From NCBI GenBank assembly GCA_050115675.1, contig JASFQB010000004.1, positions 7,601 through 71,600 on the forward strand: a stretch of DNA of 64,000 bases, given 5' to 3'. A program made the position numbers and the translations under genes. Shown here in pieces: positions 9,820 through 20,226 of the stretch (position 1 is the stretch's first letter; every line of letters starts with the position of its first letter). Under the pieces are notes generated by a model, which ran no database searches, had not been told where the DNA came from, and was given only the letters and a program-made list of their open reading frames with translations. Source of the stretch: Candidatus Woesebacteria bacterium. Lineage in GTDB: Bacteria > Patescibacteriota > Saccharimonadia > Saccharimonadales > EFPC-124.

Positions 9820-10746
9820 ATGATTAAATACTATAACAAGCCAACACTAGACACAAAGCTAAATAAAATCAAAGGGTATATTACAAACTCTTGGGTTAGC
9901 ATTGACGCTCCCAGCGCAGAGAACATTGCCTTCATAGAAGACAATTTTCAGGTAGACGGACAGTTCATTACGGAAGCACTAGACACTGGCGCCATGCCGC
10001 AACTTACAAAAAATAACGAGTTAGTGTACGCATGCCTAAGATATCCTCACAAGTCCAGCAACGAAACAACCACCAAACCAATAGTTTTTATTATTGGCAA
10101 AAACATACTAATAACCATCACTAAAAATCCAACAGATATATATGATGACTTTGTAAATGAAAAAATCAATTTTACTACAAGCGATCCGTCCGAACTAGGA
10201 CTACTTATATTTGACAAAATCATTCGCGAATACGAAAAAAACGTAAACCAAATTGGACGCACTGTCGAAAAAATACGACAAAAACTACGCGGACAAGTGA
10301 TACTAGACAAAGATTTTGTAGATTTTGTCGTAATAGAGGGTGAGCTCAACGAGTTTGAAACTATTCTTGGGTCAATGGGCGCTACACTGAAAAGCATAAC
10401 CGATGCCAAACGCATAAAGAACAGTGCAGAGTATCAAGACTTGTCCAAAAGCATTGCAACTGCAGCCGAACGCACACTAACAAATTGCAAATTGTACGAA
10501 AAATCAATTAGCAGCATAAGAGATGCTTACTCCACGCTAAGCTCCAACAAGCTAAATCAGACCATGAAGGTTTTAACGATTGCCACGCTATTTGTTGCGC
10601 TTCCAACAAGCGTATACAGCATGTACGGAATGAATGTGGCACTACCATTTGCAGACCAGTCTTGGGCGTTTGCATTTTTGGTATTACTGAGCTTATGCAT
10701 GCCGTTAGCCATAATCATGGTTGCAGTGCGCAAAAAATTACTTTAA
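9820..10746 (+). CDS. corA: CorA-family Mg2+/Co2+ transporter
   Basis: C-terminal two TM helices with signature YGMN (SMYGMNVALPF). Confidence 0.85.
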   Translation: MIKYYNKPTLDTKLNKIKGYITNSWVSIDAPSAENIAFIEDNFQVDGQFITEALDTGAMPQLTKNNELVYACLRYPHKSSNETTTKPIVFIIGKNILITITKNPTDIYDDFVNEKINFTTSDPSELGLLIFDKIIREYEKNVNQIGRTVEKIRQKLRGQVILDKDFVDFVVIEGELNEFETILGSMGATLKSITDAKRIKNSAEYQDLSKSIATAAERTLTNCKLYEKSISSIRDAYSTLSSNKLNQTMKVLTIATLFVALPTSVYSMYGMNVALPFADQSWAFAFLVLLSLCMPLAIIMVAVRKKLL

Positions 10747-10808
10747 AATCGATAACGACAATTAATCGTAGCATCACCCGGACACTATAACAATAACTAC
10801 AGCGCCCT

Positions 10809-10836
10809 TTTACAAATTTCGAAAATGATGTATAAT
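10809..10836 (+). promoter_or_regulatory. Candidate promoter for rpsJ
   Basis: TTTACA-16 nt-TATAAT preceded by TG. Confidence 0.45.
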
Positions 10837-10930
10837 TGTAGCCATACAAAATAATCGTTTTGAGAACTCAGCCGAACCTTAGCTTTTGCAAGGATTTGAG
10901 CAGAGGTTACAGAACAGCACAAGGAGCAAT

Positions 10931-11260
10931 ATGACTCAAGCAGCAGCTAACACTGCGCAGCCACGAATTCGTATTCGCCTAAAGGCATACGACCACAAGG
11001 TTATTGACCAGGCTGCAAAGCAAATTATCGATACCGCACTACGCACTGGCGCAACAGTGGCAGGTCCAGTACCCTTGCCAACGCGCAAAAGTACATACAC
11101 GGTGATTAAAAGCCCCCACAAGTATAAAACTGGTGGTGAGCACTTTGAAATGCGAACCCACAAGCGCTTGATCGACATCATCGATACAACACCAAAAACT
11201 ATTGATTCGCTGCAAAATCTATCATTGCCTGCAGGCTGTGATGCAGAAATTAGAATGTAA
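10931..11260 (+). CDS. rpsJ: 30S ribosomal protein S10
   Basis: [18 protein letters not shown]... uS10; start moved to ATG 10931 (SD aaggag); ORF-track start 10886 likely too early. Confidence 0.96.
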   Translation: MTQAAANTAQPRIRIRLKAYDHKVIDQAAKQIIDTALRTGATVAGPVPLPTRKSTYTVIKSPHKYKTGGEHFEMRTHKRLIDIIDTTPKTIDSLQNLSLPAGCDAEIRM

Positions 11261-11276
11261 TTTATAGTAAAAACAA

Positions 11277-11309
11277 CAAAAAACCGCTATGCTGGCGGTT
11301 TTTTGTTTT
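11277..11309 (+). terminator. Terminator directly after rpsJ
   Basis: aaaaaaccgc/gcggtttttt hairpin plus T-run. Confidence 0.75.
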
Positions 11310-11346
11310 ACATAAGCTAAATCAATCAGTACAATGTAAAGTAGTT

Positions 11347-11610
11347 ATGGTAAAAAAACAACAAAACGAATCAAACAGCACATATTTTTTAAAACTCGTA
11401 CTTTATGTAATTTTGGGGTCATTTTGGCTTAAATTTCAGGAACCCTTGCTAATAGGGGATTTTTTAATCAATGGTTTTCCGCTAGGTTTAATAATTGGTA
11501 TATTTTTTGCCACTCATGATCATTTTGCCATAGATCGCAAAATAGAATATGCGGTTTTAGTCATAGTAACAATACTGACATTTTTTGTTCCTGCAGGAAT
11601 TGTAATTTAA
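11347..11610 (+). CDS. Small membrane protein (87 aa, ~3 TM), hypothetical
   Basis: Hydrophobic segments; no recognised motif. Confidence 0.55.
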   Translation: MVKKQQNESNSTYFLKLVLYVILGSFWLKFQEPLLIGDFLINGFPLGLIIGIFFATHDHFAIDRKIEYAVLVIVTILTFFVPAGIVI

Positions 11611-11634
11611 TAGGCATCAAATTAGCGCATCTTT

Positions 11635-11663
11635 AAAAACGACAAACACAAGCTGTCGTTTTT
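11635..11663. terminator. Bidirectional terminator between convergent genes
   Basis: aaaaacgaca/tgtcgttttt hairpin flanked by A-run and T-run. Confidence 0.7.
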
Positions 11664-11678
11664 ATAATCGTTTCGCAA

Positions 11679-13118
11679 CTATTGATGCACTATAACCTTA
11701 GTCCCAATTGGGGCAAAGTCGTAAAGTATCTTAGCATCCGCCTCGGTCATGTTTATGCAACCGTGACTCATAGGCGTACCAAAATTGTGATGCCAATATG
11801 TACCATGGAACGCCTCTCCACCATAAAAGAAGCTTACCCATTTAATGTTTGGCACATAATAATATTCACCGTTAATTGTTCCTGACATAGTTTTTAAGGG
11901 ATATTTAGCATAAATAGAACCTTCGCCAATGGCAGTTGGAGTAGCCGCTTTGCCGGTTGATACCAAAAACGTCTGAACTGCCGTATCGCCCGCATAAATC
12001 GTAACCGTTTGACTACTTATATCAACTTCTATCCACTTGCCAGTACCAGCCATGGTTACGGTCTTAAACGGAGCCTCTGTAACTTTTATCGTTTGATCAA
12101 GAGACTTGTTTTGATTTAAAGCATCTACAACATTTACAGATATCGCGTCAGCATCCTGTATTGTCCAGCCAGTTCGCCCTGCAGACAAAACCGTCTCAAC
12201 ACCAGTAGCTTTGTCGATTACCACTTTGCGATCTATTGGAGTTACAGTGACCTTAGGACTTAACGTTTTGTCAACAAGCTGCTCAACAGCGCCTTTATCA
12301 AACTCTATGGTCGCCGTACCGTTAACAAAGTCCGGCATAAAGTGCGTCCAGCTTGCTATGTCAGCTTGGTTTAACTGATATATAGTTGAGCCGTCCATTA
12401 TAAACTTAATTGGCAGATTGATTCTGTTGTTTATATCCTGCTGTACAGTCTGCAAGCCAGAGGCCTTAATTATTGGTTCAACAGGTGCAGTTGCTACGGT
12501 CAGCGTTACGTCGTGTGGATCGAGGGCAAGCTCTGGAAGCGCAGCTTCAAAAGCTCTAAGATCAAAGCCAGAGCCATCCGTACCTTCAACAATGTCATAC
12601 TGATGAGTTTCGTCATTAAATACCAGCTGAGCATCAACCGCATCTACAAATATCTCTGGGTAATTCTCTTGAATGTAGATCTTGAGCATGCCAGGGTCAT
12701 TTATAAACACCAACGGAACATCTTTGCTCTGCCACAACTGTAAATTTTGAAGCACATCGCCAGATTTACGAGCCGCCAAAACGTCCTTAACGGTTGCATC
12801 AACATCAACTGTTAAACCGATTTCCTCGTTAGAGACAACAGTCTGCTTTGCCTCAGTTGCAAAAGTTATATTAAATTTTGACTCGGACTCAACAGCTTTT
12901 CTGACTTCGTCTTCAGTTCTATTAGAAACATCAATACGCCCAACAGAAACACTTGGCGCTGTATAATTGCCATAAAACCAAACGAACAGCCCGCCTGTCA
13001 GCAGTATAATTACAGCCAGGATTACTCCAACCCAAATTAATACCTTGCGTCGCACGCCAGAAGCGCCACCCTTTTGTTTTTTATCCTCAGCCTGTATTTT
13101 TTTAGCTTTTGCTGCCAT
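11679..13118 (-). CDS. L,D-transpeptidase (YkuD domain) with N-terminal membrane anchor
   Basis: C-terminal HGTYWHHNFGTPMSHGCINM (YkuD His...SHGC active site); N-terminal TM helix. Confidence 0.85.
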   Translation of the reverse strand: MAAKAKKIQAEDKKQKGGASGVRRKVLIWVGVILAVIILLTGGLFVWFYGNYTAPSVSVGRIDVSNRTEDEVRKAVESESKFNITFATEAKQTVVSNEEIGLTVDVDATVKDVLAARKSGDVLQNLQLWQSKDVPLVFINDPGMLKIYIQENYPEIFVDAVDAQLVFNDETHQYDIVEGTDGSGFDLRAFEAALPELALDPHDVTLTVATAPVEPIIKASGLQTVQQDINNRINLPIKFIMDGSTIYQLNQADIASWTHFMPDFVNGTATIEFDKGAVEQLVDKTLSPKVTVTPIDRKVVIDKATGVETVLSAGRTGWTIQDADAISVNVVDALNQNKSLDQTIKVTEAPFKTVTMAGTGKWIEVDISSQTVTIYAGDTAVQTFLVSTGKAATPTAIGEGSIYAKYPLKTMSGTINGEYYYVPNIKWVSFFYGGEAFHGTYWHHNFGTPMSHGCINMTEADAKILYDFAPIGTKVIVHQ

Positions 13119-13278
13119 TAAATAACCTTAAGCTCTTTAAGTCCACGATACTCGCTTTTGACAAAAAAGGCAACATTTTTTGATTGTAAAATGCTTTGAT
13201 TAACTAATTGACAACAACCCAGCACATGGTACACTTAACCCGTCTAGTTTTTTTGCAAGTACAAAGTTAGGGGCAATA

Positions 13279-14115
13279 ATGCACATTGAGCCGACAGAAG
13301 TAGGAACCAACGTCTACAAATGGTGTGACAGGCTTTATCAGAGCTACCCAGAAGCAATAATCCCACTATTCAAAAGCACTTGCTCTACACACAGTCAGGT
13401 CATCGCGATAATTAGGATACAAGGCCCACTAAAAAGTGAAATTCGAGTAGCAAAACTATTCGTTAATAATGCCGCCAACTGTTATCAAGTCTACTTTGAC
13501 AGCGACACTAACGGCAGATGTATTACGGTTTACTCTGACGGGAGAATCTGGTCTATACTAAATTCAAACAATGAGATAACTACTCCCTCACTAACACTTG
13601 TTCAAATCCTAAACGGACTCACGTGCATTATGCCTATGGGCGTCTATGTATATAGACAGGGCAGTAGAGCAACCGGACTTGTGGGCATGACGCCTAAGGG
13701 TAGTGGGCGATATCTATCCGTGCTAGGACTTGCTGGTAAAGCACTGCCAGTCGCACTACGCAATTTGCAAGCCCCTGACTTTTGGAGGCTGCTTAGAGGT
13801 AACCAATTCGTCAGACTAGAATGCGATGAACTACGCAACGCAAAACTTTGGGCAGTTACATGCCCAGCACGTCTGGTCATAGAATACGACAGTACACCCA
13901 GCAAATATGACGGAAGGATTCCCGCGCTTGTATGGAATGGACCTTCAGGGCTAATACCAAACAATGCAACATTCGTGCAAACAAGCGATGATACGCTGCG
14001 TTGCTCAGATACAAGATGGCCAAATGATACAGATTTTAGCCTTATTGGCCAAGATCGTGCTCCGGCATTGCTGCTAGAACAAGAAAAACTAGTTTTTGTA
14101 CGTGCACTACTGTAA
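13279..14115 (+). CDS. Hypothetical cytoplasmic protein (278 aa)
   Basis: Long ORF, no TM, no recognised motif. Confidence 0.6.
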   Translation: MHIEPTEVGTNVYKWCDRLYQSYPEAIIPLFKSTCSTHSQVIAIIRIQGPLKSEIRVAKLFVNNAANCYQVYFDSDTNGRCITVYSDGRIWSILNSNNEITTPSLTLVQILNGLTCIMPMGVYVYRQGSRATGLVGMTPKGSGRYLSVLGLAGKALPVALRNLQAPDFWRLLRGNQFVRLECDELRNAKLWAVTCPARLVIEYDSTPSKYDGRIPALVWNGPSGLIPNNATFVQTSDDTLRCSDTRWPNDTDFSLIGQDRAPALLLEQEKLVFVRALL

Positions 14116-14218
14116 TAAAGTAAGTACCAAAAGTGACTTGACTGGTGTCACTGACCCCCATATGCGGACGTCGAATAACCAGTCCTTTTTTATTACACTA
14201 CATGCAGCTTAAGCACCC

Positions 14219-14248
14219 TTGACAACAGATAGGCCTATCTGTTAATAT
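14219..14248 (+). promoter_or_regulatory. Candidate strong promoter for the rplC operon with palindromic spacer
   Basis: TTGACA-18 nt-TAATAT; the whole spacer is the perfect 18-nt palindrome acagataggcctatctgt. Confidence 0.5.
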
Positions 14249-14351
14249 GTACCAGTATAGTTCTAATAAAGAAACTTCTTGGTAAGTTTGCAGGTCTGAA
14301 CACTCAGAAACCGCTAAATACCAAGTTTTTTCAATACAAAGGGTTAAAGGG

Positions 14352-14966
14352 ATGAAAGCACTACTCGGTACCAAAATTGGTATGACTCAGATCCTCCAGG
14401 AGGATGGTGTTGCTGTTCCGGTAACACTTATCCAAGCTGGCCCTTGTACAGTGACTCAGGTCAAAACTGTCGAAACTGACGGTTACAACGCTGTGCAAGT
14501 TGGGTACGGAATGGGTAAGAACCTGAGCAATGCCGTAGCAGGCCATATAAAGGCTGCAAACGTGACACCAAAACACATTCGTGAATTTCGCGATATCGAG
14601 CTAACTGAAGGCGAAAAAGTCGGCAGTCAGTTCGATGTAACAGCATTTGAGGTCGGCGAACACGTTGATGTTACCGGCACAAGTAAGGGTAAAGGCTTCG
14701 CGGGCAATGTAAAGCGAAACAACTTTGCCACCAGCAAGCGAACACACGGTGGTAACGGATACGTACGTAAACCTGGTTCAATAGGTTCTATGTATCCTCA
14801 AAAAGTATTTAAGGGCAAAAGAATGGCGGGTCAGATGGGCGCCGAGCGCGTTACTGTCAAAAACCTAGCTATCGCTCTGGTCGACAAAGAAAACAACCTG
14901 ATTGGCGTTAAGGGAGCAATCCCTGGTCCTCGCCGCGGGCTAGTAATCATCGGGGAGGTCAAATAA
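14352..14966 (+). CDS. rplC: 50S ribosomal protein L3
   Basis: uL3 sequence (GTKIGMTQI..., FKGKRMAGQMG). Confidence 0.97.
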   Translation: MKALLGTKIGMTQILQEDGVAVPVTLIQAGPCTVTQVKTVETDGYNAVQVGYGMGKNLSNAVAGHIKAANVTPKHIREFRDIELTEGEKVGSQFDVTAFEVGEHVDVTGTSKGKGFAGNVKRNNFATSKRTHGGNGYVRKPGSIGSMYPQKVFKGKRMAGQMGAERVTVKNLAIALVDKENNLIGVKGAIPGPRRGLVIIGEVK

Positions 14967-15586
14967 TGGCTGAATCTACCAAAAAAACAGAATCTACTCT
15001 TAACAAGAGTGTTTTTGCTGTTGATGTACCAAACCACGAATTGCTAAAGCTTGCCTACGAGGCATATCTAGCCAACGGCCGACCAAACCTTGCTAAAACT
15101 CTTTGCCGCGGTGAAGTTAGTGGTGGTGGTAAAAAGCCATGGAAGCAAAAAGGTACTGGCCGTGCACGTTTTGGATCTAGTCGTAACCCGATTTGGCGTA
15201 AAGGTGGTGTAGTTTTTGGTCCACTAGGCATCGAAAACTACAAAAAGAAGATTTCATCACAAAACAAACGAGTTGCTTTGCGACAAGCCTTAACGCTTGC
15301 GGCACAGGCAAACGAAATTGTGATTGTTGACGATATCAAAACTACCGGTAAAACCAAAGAGATTGCAGCATTTTTAAATAAGCAAGAGGCTAACAATCAT
15401 AAGCACGTAGTAATTGTAGTAGAAAACAAAACTCCTGAGCTAGTTCGCGCAACCAGCAACTTGCAGGGCGTTATTCTTTCTCAGGCTACATACCTAAACG
15501 TCTTTAATATATTGAACGCCGACAAACTAATCGTTACTAAAGCTGCCCTAAAGCAGATTGAAGAATGGTTGGGAGGTGACAAATAA
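14966..15586 (+). CDS. rplD: 50S ribosomal protein L4
   Basis: uL4 motif KPWKQKGTGRAR; operon order. Confidence 0.97.
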   Translation: MAESTKKTESTLNKSVFAVDVPNHELLKLAYEAYLANGRPNLAKTLCRGEVSGGGKKPWKQKGTGRARFGSSRNPIWRKGGVVFGPLGIENYKKKISSQNKRVALRQALTLAAQANEIVIVDDIKTTGKTKEIAAFLNKQEANNHKHVVIVVENKTPELVRATSNLQGVILSQATYLNVFNILNADKLIVTKAALKQIEEWLGGDK

Positions 15587-15885
15587 TGTCAGCTAACGAA
15601 TTAACCCTAATTCCACGCATAAGCGAAAAGACTTATGCTTTGGCGCAGGCAAACACTTATGTGTTTAACGTTCCAAGCAATGTAAACAAACAACAAATTG
15701 CAGATGCAGTCACTAAGCAATACGACGTAACTGTAAAAGATGTAAACATTGTTATTGCTAAGGGCAAAGTAAAGCAAACAATTCGCAAGGGTCGCCCTGT
15801 TCAGGGCAAACGAAACGATGTCAAAAAAGCTTACGTTACTTTGGCCGAAGGCAGCAGCATAAAAATGTTTGAGGAGGAGCAATAA
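15586..15885 (+). CDS. rplW: 50S ribosomal protein L23
   Basis: Size, position, uL23-like sequence. Confidence 0.95.
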   Translation: MSANELTLIPRISEKTYALAQANTYVFNVPSNVNKQQIADAVTKQYDVTVKDVNIVIAKGKVKQTIRKGRPVQGKRNDVKKAYVTLAEGSSIKMFEEEQ

Positions 15886-16721
15886 TGGCTATTAAGGCTT
15901 ATAACCCAACAACAGCTGCCCGCCGTGGCATGACAAGTCAAGATTTTGACAAAATCACCACTAAAAAACCGCTAAAATCGTTGCTCGTGTCTCAAAAGTC
16001 ACGCGCTGGTCGCAACAACAATGGCCGAATCACAACTCGCCACCGAGGTGGTGGTGTTAAGCACCATTATCGACTAGTTAACTTTCAACTTGCCCCTGGT
16101 ACAGTTGCCACAGTTGAACAAATCGAATACGACCCGAACCGATCAGCACGCATTGCGCGCATTAAAGACCAAAACGGTCTTTACCACTACGTAATTGCAG
16201 ATAATAGCATGTCGGTTGGCAAAAAGATTTCTTGCGGCAACGAGATTGCAATCGAATCAAGTAACCGGATGTCACTTGCGAACATTCCAACAGGTACGCT
16301 CATTTACAACATCGAACTACGTGCTGGCCGCGGTGGACAGGCAGTTCGCTCTGCAGGCGCCAAGGCTCAGCTACTTGCCAAAGAGGGTGAATATGCTCAG
16401 GTTAGAATGCCTAGCGGTGAGGTTAGGCGCTTCCGCCTAGAATGCATGGCATCTCTTGGCACTGTTGGTAACGAGCAACACCAAAACGTTAAAATTGGCT
16501 CAGCAGGCCGAAAACGACGTATGGGCATTCGCCCAACTGTTCGTGGTGTAGTAATGAACGCCGCAGATCACCCACACGGTGGTGGTGACGGTGGTCGTCA
16601 CGGTACAGGCAAGGCTCCTCGCACACCTTGGGGTCAGTTAACACTTGGCTACCGAACACGACGTCGCAAATCTACTGACAAGATGATAATAAGAAGCCGC
16701 CACATGGCGAAGAGGAAATAA
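15885..16721 (+). CDS. rplB: 50S ribosomal protein L2
   Basis: uL2 motifs GRNNNGRITTRHRGGG, MNAADHPHGGG. Confidence 0.98.
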   Translation: MAIKAYNPTTAARRGMTSQDFDKITTKKPLKSLLVSQKSRAGRNNNGRITTRHRGGGVKHHYRLVNFQLAPGTVATVEQIEYDPNRSARIARIKDQNGLYHYVIADNSMSVGKKISCGNEIAIESSNRMSLANIPTGTLIYNIELRAGRGGQAVRSAGAKAQLLAKEGEYAQVRMPSGEVRRFRLECMASLGTVGNEQHQNVKIGSAGRKRRMGIRPTVRGVVMNAADHPHGGGDGGRHGTGKAPRTPWGQLTLGYRTRRRKSTDKMIIRSRHMAKRK

Positions 16722-16724
16722 GGT

Positions 16725-16982
16725 ATGGGTAGATCACTCAAAAAAGGTCCATTCATTGACTTCAAGCTCGCTAAAAAGGTGGCAGCTTTAGAAGCCAATG
16801 ACCGAACCGTTATCAAAACCTGGGCCCGCGCATGCACAATAACACCAGAAATGGTGGGTCGAACAATTGCCGTTCACAACGGACGCATGCACGTACCTGT
16901 ATTTGTAACCGAAAACATGGTAGGTCACAAACTTGGCGAGTTTTCACCAACACGTAAGTTCCGCGGCCACAAGAAGAAATAA
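16725..16982 (+). CDS. rpsS: 30S ribosomal protein S19
   Basis: [12 protein letters not shown]..., VHNGR uS19. Confidence 0.97.
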   Translation: MGRSLKKGPFIDFKLAKKVAALEANDRTVIKTWARACTITPEMVGRTIAVHNGRMHVPVFVTENMVGHKLGEFSPTRKFRGHKKK

Positions 16983-16992
16983 GGTATAGCGT

Positions 16993-17400
16993 ATGAATAT
17001 TCAAGCAACAATCAAAGGCGTTAAAATGAGCCCACGCAAGGTTAGCCTTGTAGCTGGCCTTGTTCGTGGCCAAAACGTTGCAGACGCACTGGTTATCTTG
17101 CAGCACACCCCAAAGCGCGCCGCAAAACCAGTTGCAAAAGCAATTGCCAGCGCTAAAGCAAACGCCGTAAATAACCATCGCGTAGACGAAAAAACTTTGG
17201 TAATCGACCAATTGCAAGTTACTGCAGGTCCACGACTAAAGCGCTATCGTCCAGCAGCCATGGGTCGAGCTTTGCCATACCAAAAGCGAACCAGCCACAT
17301 CAGCGTGACCGTTAGCGGTACAGAAAAGCCTAAAAAAGTAGCCGCCAAAAGCGAAACTAAAAAAACGGCTCCAAAAGCCGCTGAAAAGAAGGAGCGATAA
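16993..17400 (+). CDS. rplV: 50S ribosomal protein L22
   Basis: uL22 sequence with Lys/Ala-rich C-terminal tail; order. Confidence 0.95.
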   Translation: MNIQATIKGVKMSPRKVSLVAGLVRGQNVADALVILQHTPKRAAKPVAKAIASAKANAVNNHRVDEKTLVIDQLQVTAGPRLKRYRPAAMGRALPYQKRTSHISVTVSGTEKPKKVAAKSETKKTAPKAAEKKER

Positions 17401-17402
17401 CG

Positions 17403-18035
17403 ATGGGTCAAAAAGTTAATCCTATCAGCATGCGCCTTCAGGTCAACAAAAACTGGCGATCAAAGTGGTTTGCTGACAAGCGTGACTACGCCACTAATCT
17501 TCATAAAGACCTGCAAGTACGCAAGCTGATCGAAAAAAAGTTTGTAAACCGCGCAATCGTTGATCGAATTGAGATTGAACGCTCACCAAGCCTAGTAACT
17601 GTAACCGTCTACACCGCAAAAGCAGGTGTGCTAATCGGTCGCGGTGGCGCTGGCGCTCAAGAGCTAAAAGCTCAAATCGAGAAGATCATGGGCATGCAAG
17701 CTCGTCTAAACATTGAGGAAGTACGCCGTCCAGAGCTAGCAGCTAAACTAGTTGCAGAAAACATTGCTCGTCAAATGGAACGACGCATCAACTTTAGACG
17801 CGCAGTTAAAATGGCCGCGCAAAACACCATGAATGCAGGCGCCAAAGGTGTTCGTATTGAGGTTGCTGGTCGACTAAACGGCGCAGAAATGTCGCGCCGC
17901 GAAAAAGAAATTCAGGGCTCTGTACCTTTGCATACATTGCGTGCAGATGTTGATTATCACCTAGCAACTGCCCAGATTCCTGGCGCAGGCATTGTGGGAA
18001 TTAAAGTTTGGATATATAAGGGCGAGGTAGCGTAG
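17403..18035 (+). CDS. rpsC: 30S ribosomal protein S3
   Basis: [12 protein letters not shown]..., KH domain GRGGAG. Confidence 0.97.
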   Translation: MGQKVNPISMRLQVNKNWRSKWFADKRDYATNLHKDLQVRKLIEKKFVNRAIVDRIEIERSPSLVTVTVYTAKAGVLIGRGGAGAQELKAQIEKIMGMQARLNIEEVRRPELAAKLVAENIARQMERRINFRRAVKMAAQNTMNAGAKGVRIEVAGRLNGAEMSRREKEIQGSVPLHTLRADVDYHLATAQIPGAGIVGIKVWIYKGEVA

Positions 18036-18036
18036 T

Positions 18037-18450
18037 ATGTTATTACCTAAAAAAACCGCCCACAGAAAAGTCCGCAAAGGCAAAAACAATGGCGTAGCTA
18101 CGCGCTGCAACTACATTGCATTTGGCGACTTTGCACTACAAAGCATTGGCAACGAACGAATTACTTCACGCCAAATTGAGTCAGCCCGTCAGGCTATGAC
18201 CCGATACATCAAGCGTGGTGGCAAAATTTGGATTCGCATTTTTCCTCACACTCCAGTTACCCGCAAGCCCCAGGATGTTAAAATGGGTAGCGGCAAAGGG
18301 AACCCAGAGTTTTTCGTAGCAAAAGTAAAAACTGGCACCGTCATGTTTGAGATGAAGGGCGTTAACGAAGAAGTTGCCCGAGAAGCCATGAGACTTGCTA
18401 GCCATAAATTACCTGTTAAGACTAAGTTTATTAAGAGAGAGGAGGTCTAG
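18037..18450 (+). CDS. rplP: 50S ribosomal protein L16
   Basis: [11 protein letters not shown]... uL16. Confidence 0.97.
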   Translation: MLLPKKTAHRKVRKGKNNGVATRCNYIAFGDFALQSIGNERITSRQIESARQAMTRYIKRGGKIWIRIFPHTPVTRKPQDVKMGSGKGNPEFFVAKVKTGTVMFEMKGVNEEVAREAMRLASHKLPVKTKFIKREEV

Positions 18451-18453
18451 GTC

Positions 18454-18666
18454 ATGTCTAAGACAACAAAAGAACTCCAATCGCTTTCTAAAGTTGAATT
18501 GCAACAGAGAATTGATGAGTTAAAGAATGAACTTGTTCAACAAAAGCGCGCTCGCGCAGCAGGCGAACTGATGAATTCGCAAGCAATTAAGAAAACTCGT
18601 CGCACAATTGCAGTAGCCTTAACGCTAATAAGCAATGCCAGCGACGCAAAGAAAGAGGAGGCCTAA
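18454..18666 (+). CDS. rpmC: 50S ribosomal protein L29
   Basis: Size, position, uL29-like helical sequence. Confidence 0.93.
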   Translation: MSKTTKELQSLSKVELQQRIDELKNELVQQKRARAAGELMNSQAIKKTRRTIAVALTLISNASDAKKEEA

Positions 18667-18669
18667 ACT

Positions 18670-18939
18670 ATGGCACGAAAGCTAGTAGGCACCGTTACCT
18701 CTGATGTTCAAGCCAAGACCATCACGGTGGCGGTTGCTCGCCGCGTCACTCACCCAGTGTACGGTAAGCAATACACCGTCACTAAGAAGTTTGCGGCACA
18801 CGACGACAAAAACGAAGCTCACGTTGGCGACAAAGTAGAGATCGTTGAAACACGACCAATAAGTAAGAATAAAACTTGGCAGCTTAGCCGCATTATCGAA
18901 ACCGGCCACAAAGCTATCGAGCTAAAAGAGGAGGCGTAA
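18670..18939 (+). CDS. rpsQ: 30S ribosomal protein S17
   Basis: uS17-like ([16 protein letters not shown]..., [13 protein letters not shown]). Confidence 0.95.
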   Translation: MARKLVGTVTSDVQAKTITVAVARRVTHPVYGKQYTVTKKFAAHDDKNEAHVGDKVEIVETRPISKNKTWQLSRIIETGHKAIELKEEA

Positions 18940-18940
18940 C

Positions 18941-19309
18941 ATGATTCAGCAAGAATCGCGCCTTAAAGTAGCCGATAACAGTGGCGCAAAAGAGATCTTG
19001 TGTATCCGAGTTTTGGGTGGAACCAAGCGTCGCTACGCTGGAGTAGGCGATATTATCGTCGCTACAGTAAAAGACGCCAACCCAGCAGGAAACGTCAAGA
19101 AAAAAAGCGTAGTTAAGGCAGTAGTTGTGCGAACAGCCAACGCAATCAAGCGCAAGGATGGCTCAACCATTCGTTTTAACGAAAATGCAGCGGTCATCAT
19201 CGGTGATGATAAAATGCCAAAGGCAACTCGCGTATTTGGACCAGTTCCACGAGAATTGCGCGATGCCGGATACATGAAAATCGTTTCACTTGCTCCGGAG
19301 GTACTATAA
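18941..19309 (+). CDS. rplN: 50S ribosomal protein L14
   Basis: [18 protein letters not shown]... uL14. Confidence 0.98.
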   Translation: MIQQESRLKVADNSGAKEILCIRVLGGTKRRYAGVGDIIVATVKDANPAGNVKKKSVVKAVVVRTANAIKRKDGSTIRFNENAAVIIGDDKMPKATRVFGPVPRELRDAGYMKIVSLAPEVL

Positions 19310-19645
19310 ATGTCAACAAACCAGCCAAGAACAATGAAGATAAAAAAGAATGACCTAGTTAAAGTAATGTCAGGTGCTCATAAGGGTAAAACGGGCAAGG
19401 TGTTGGCAGTTCATCCAGCTAAGCATGCTGTAACAATTGAAGGCATTGGTAAAATAAAACGAAGCATCAAGCCAAACCAGCTCAACCCAAAGGGCGGCAC
19501 CAAAGAGCTGCACAAACCAGTTAGCGCAAGTAAAGTCGCCGTCGTAACAGACAAAGACAAAGCTGTCAGAATTGGTTACTTAGTCAAAAATGACGGAACA
19601 AAAGTGCGAGTTGCCCGCAATAACGGCAACAAGGAGATTAAATAA
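19310..19645 (+). CDS. rplX: 50S ribosomal protein L24
   Basis: KOW motif (VMSGAHKGKTGKV); order. Confidence 0.95.
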   Translation: MSTNQPRTMKIKKNDLVKVMSGAHKGKTGKVLAVHPAKHAVTIEGIGKIKRSIKPNQLNPKGGTKELHKPVSASKVAVVTDKDKAVRIGYLVKNDGTKVRVARNNGNKEIK

Positions 19646-20226
19646 TGACTAACAAGACTATCACACCTACAGTCCCACGTCTGAAACAGCTCTACAACGA
19701 GCAGCTGATTAAAGATCTCCAAAAAAACCTAAAGCTAGAAAACGTAAACCAGGTTCCAAAGCTAGAAAAAATTACCATCAACATTGGCATAGGCAAGCAC
19801 AAGGACGACAAACATTACCACGAAGTAGTAGTAAGTAACTTGCGCAAAATTACCGGCCAACAGCCTGTTGATCGTATGGCCAACAAATCTATTGCTACAT
19901 TTAAAATTCGCCGTGGCATGAACCGCGTTGGCGTTAGTGTAACATTGCGCGGATCGCGAATGTACGAATTTTTAGACCGCTTGGTGAATATTGCATTACC
20001 TCGCGTGCGTGACTTTCATGGCGTTTCAGAAAAAGCTTTTGACAAAGCCGGAAACTACTCTTTGGGTATAACCGAGCAATCAATTTTTCCAGAGCTAGGC
20101 TTTGAAGACACTCAGATTCTGCATGGTCTACAAGTGAATTTTGTAATTAAGTCACAAGATACCGAGCATAGCAAGGCTCTACTTACAGCCTTTGGTATGC
20201 CATTTGAGAAGAAGGAGAAGCGTTAA
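19645..20226 (+). CDS. rplE: 50S ribosomal protein L5
   Basis: uL5 sequence; order. Confidence 0.97.
   Translation: MTNKTITPTVPRLKQLYNEQLIKDLQKNLKLENVNQVPKLEKITINIGIGKHKDDKHYHEVVVSNLRKITGQQPVDRMANKSIATFKIRRGMNRVGVSVTLRGSRMYEFLDRLVNIALPRVRDFHGVSEKAFDKAGNYSLGITEQSIFPELGFEDTQILHGLQVNFVIKSQDTEHSKALLTAFGMPFEKKEKR

Noticed and set aside
16813-17217. Antisense ORFs inside the ribosomal protein genes. Examples are 16813-17217, 21408-21767 and 31286-31750, plus many 60-120-aa ORFs
   Set aside because: All overlap high-confidence r-protein genes on the opposite strand or in another frame. None has start signals or recognisable motifs.
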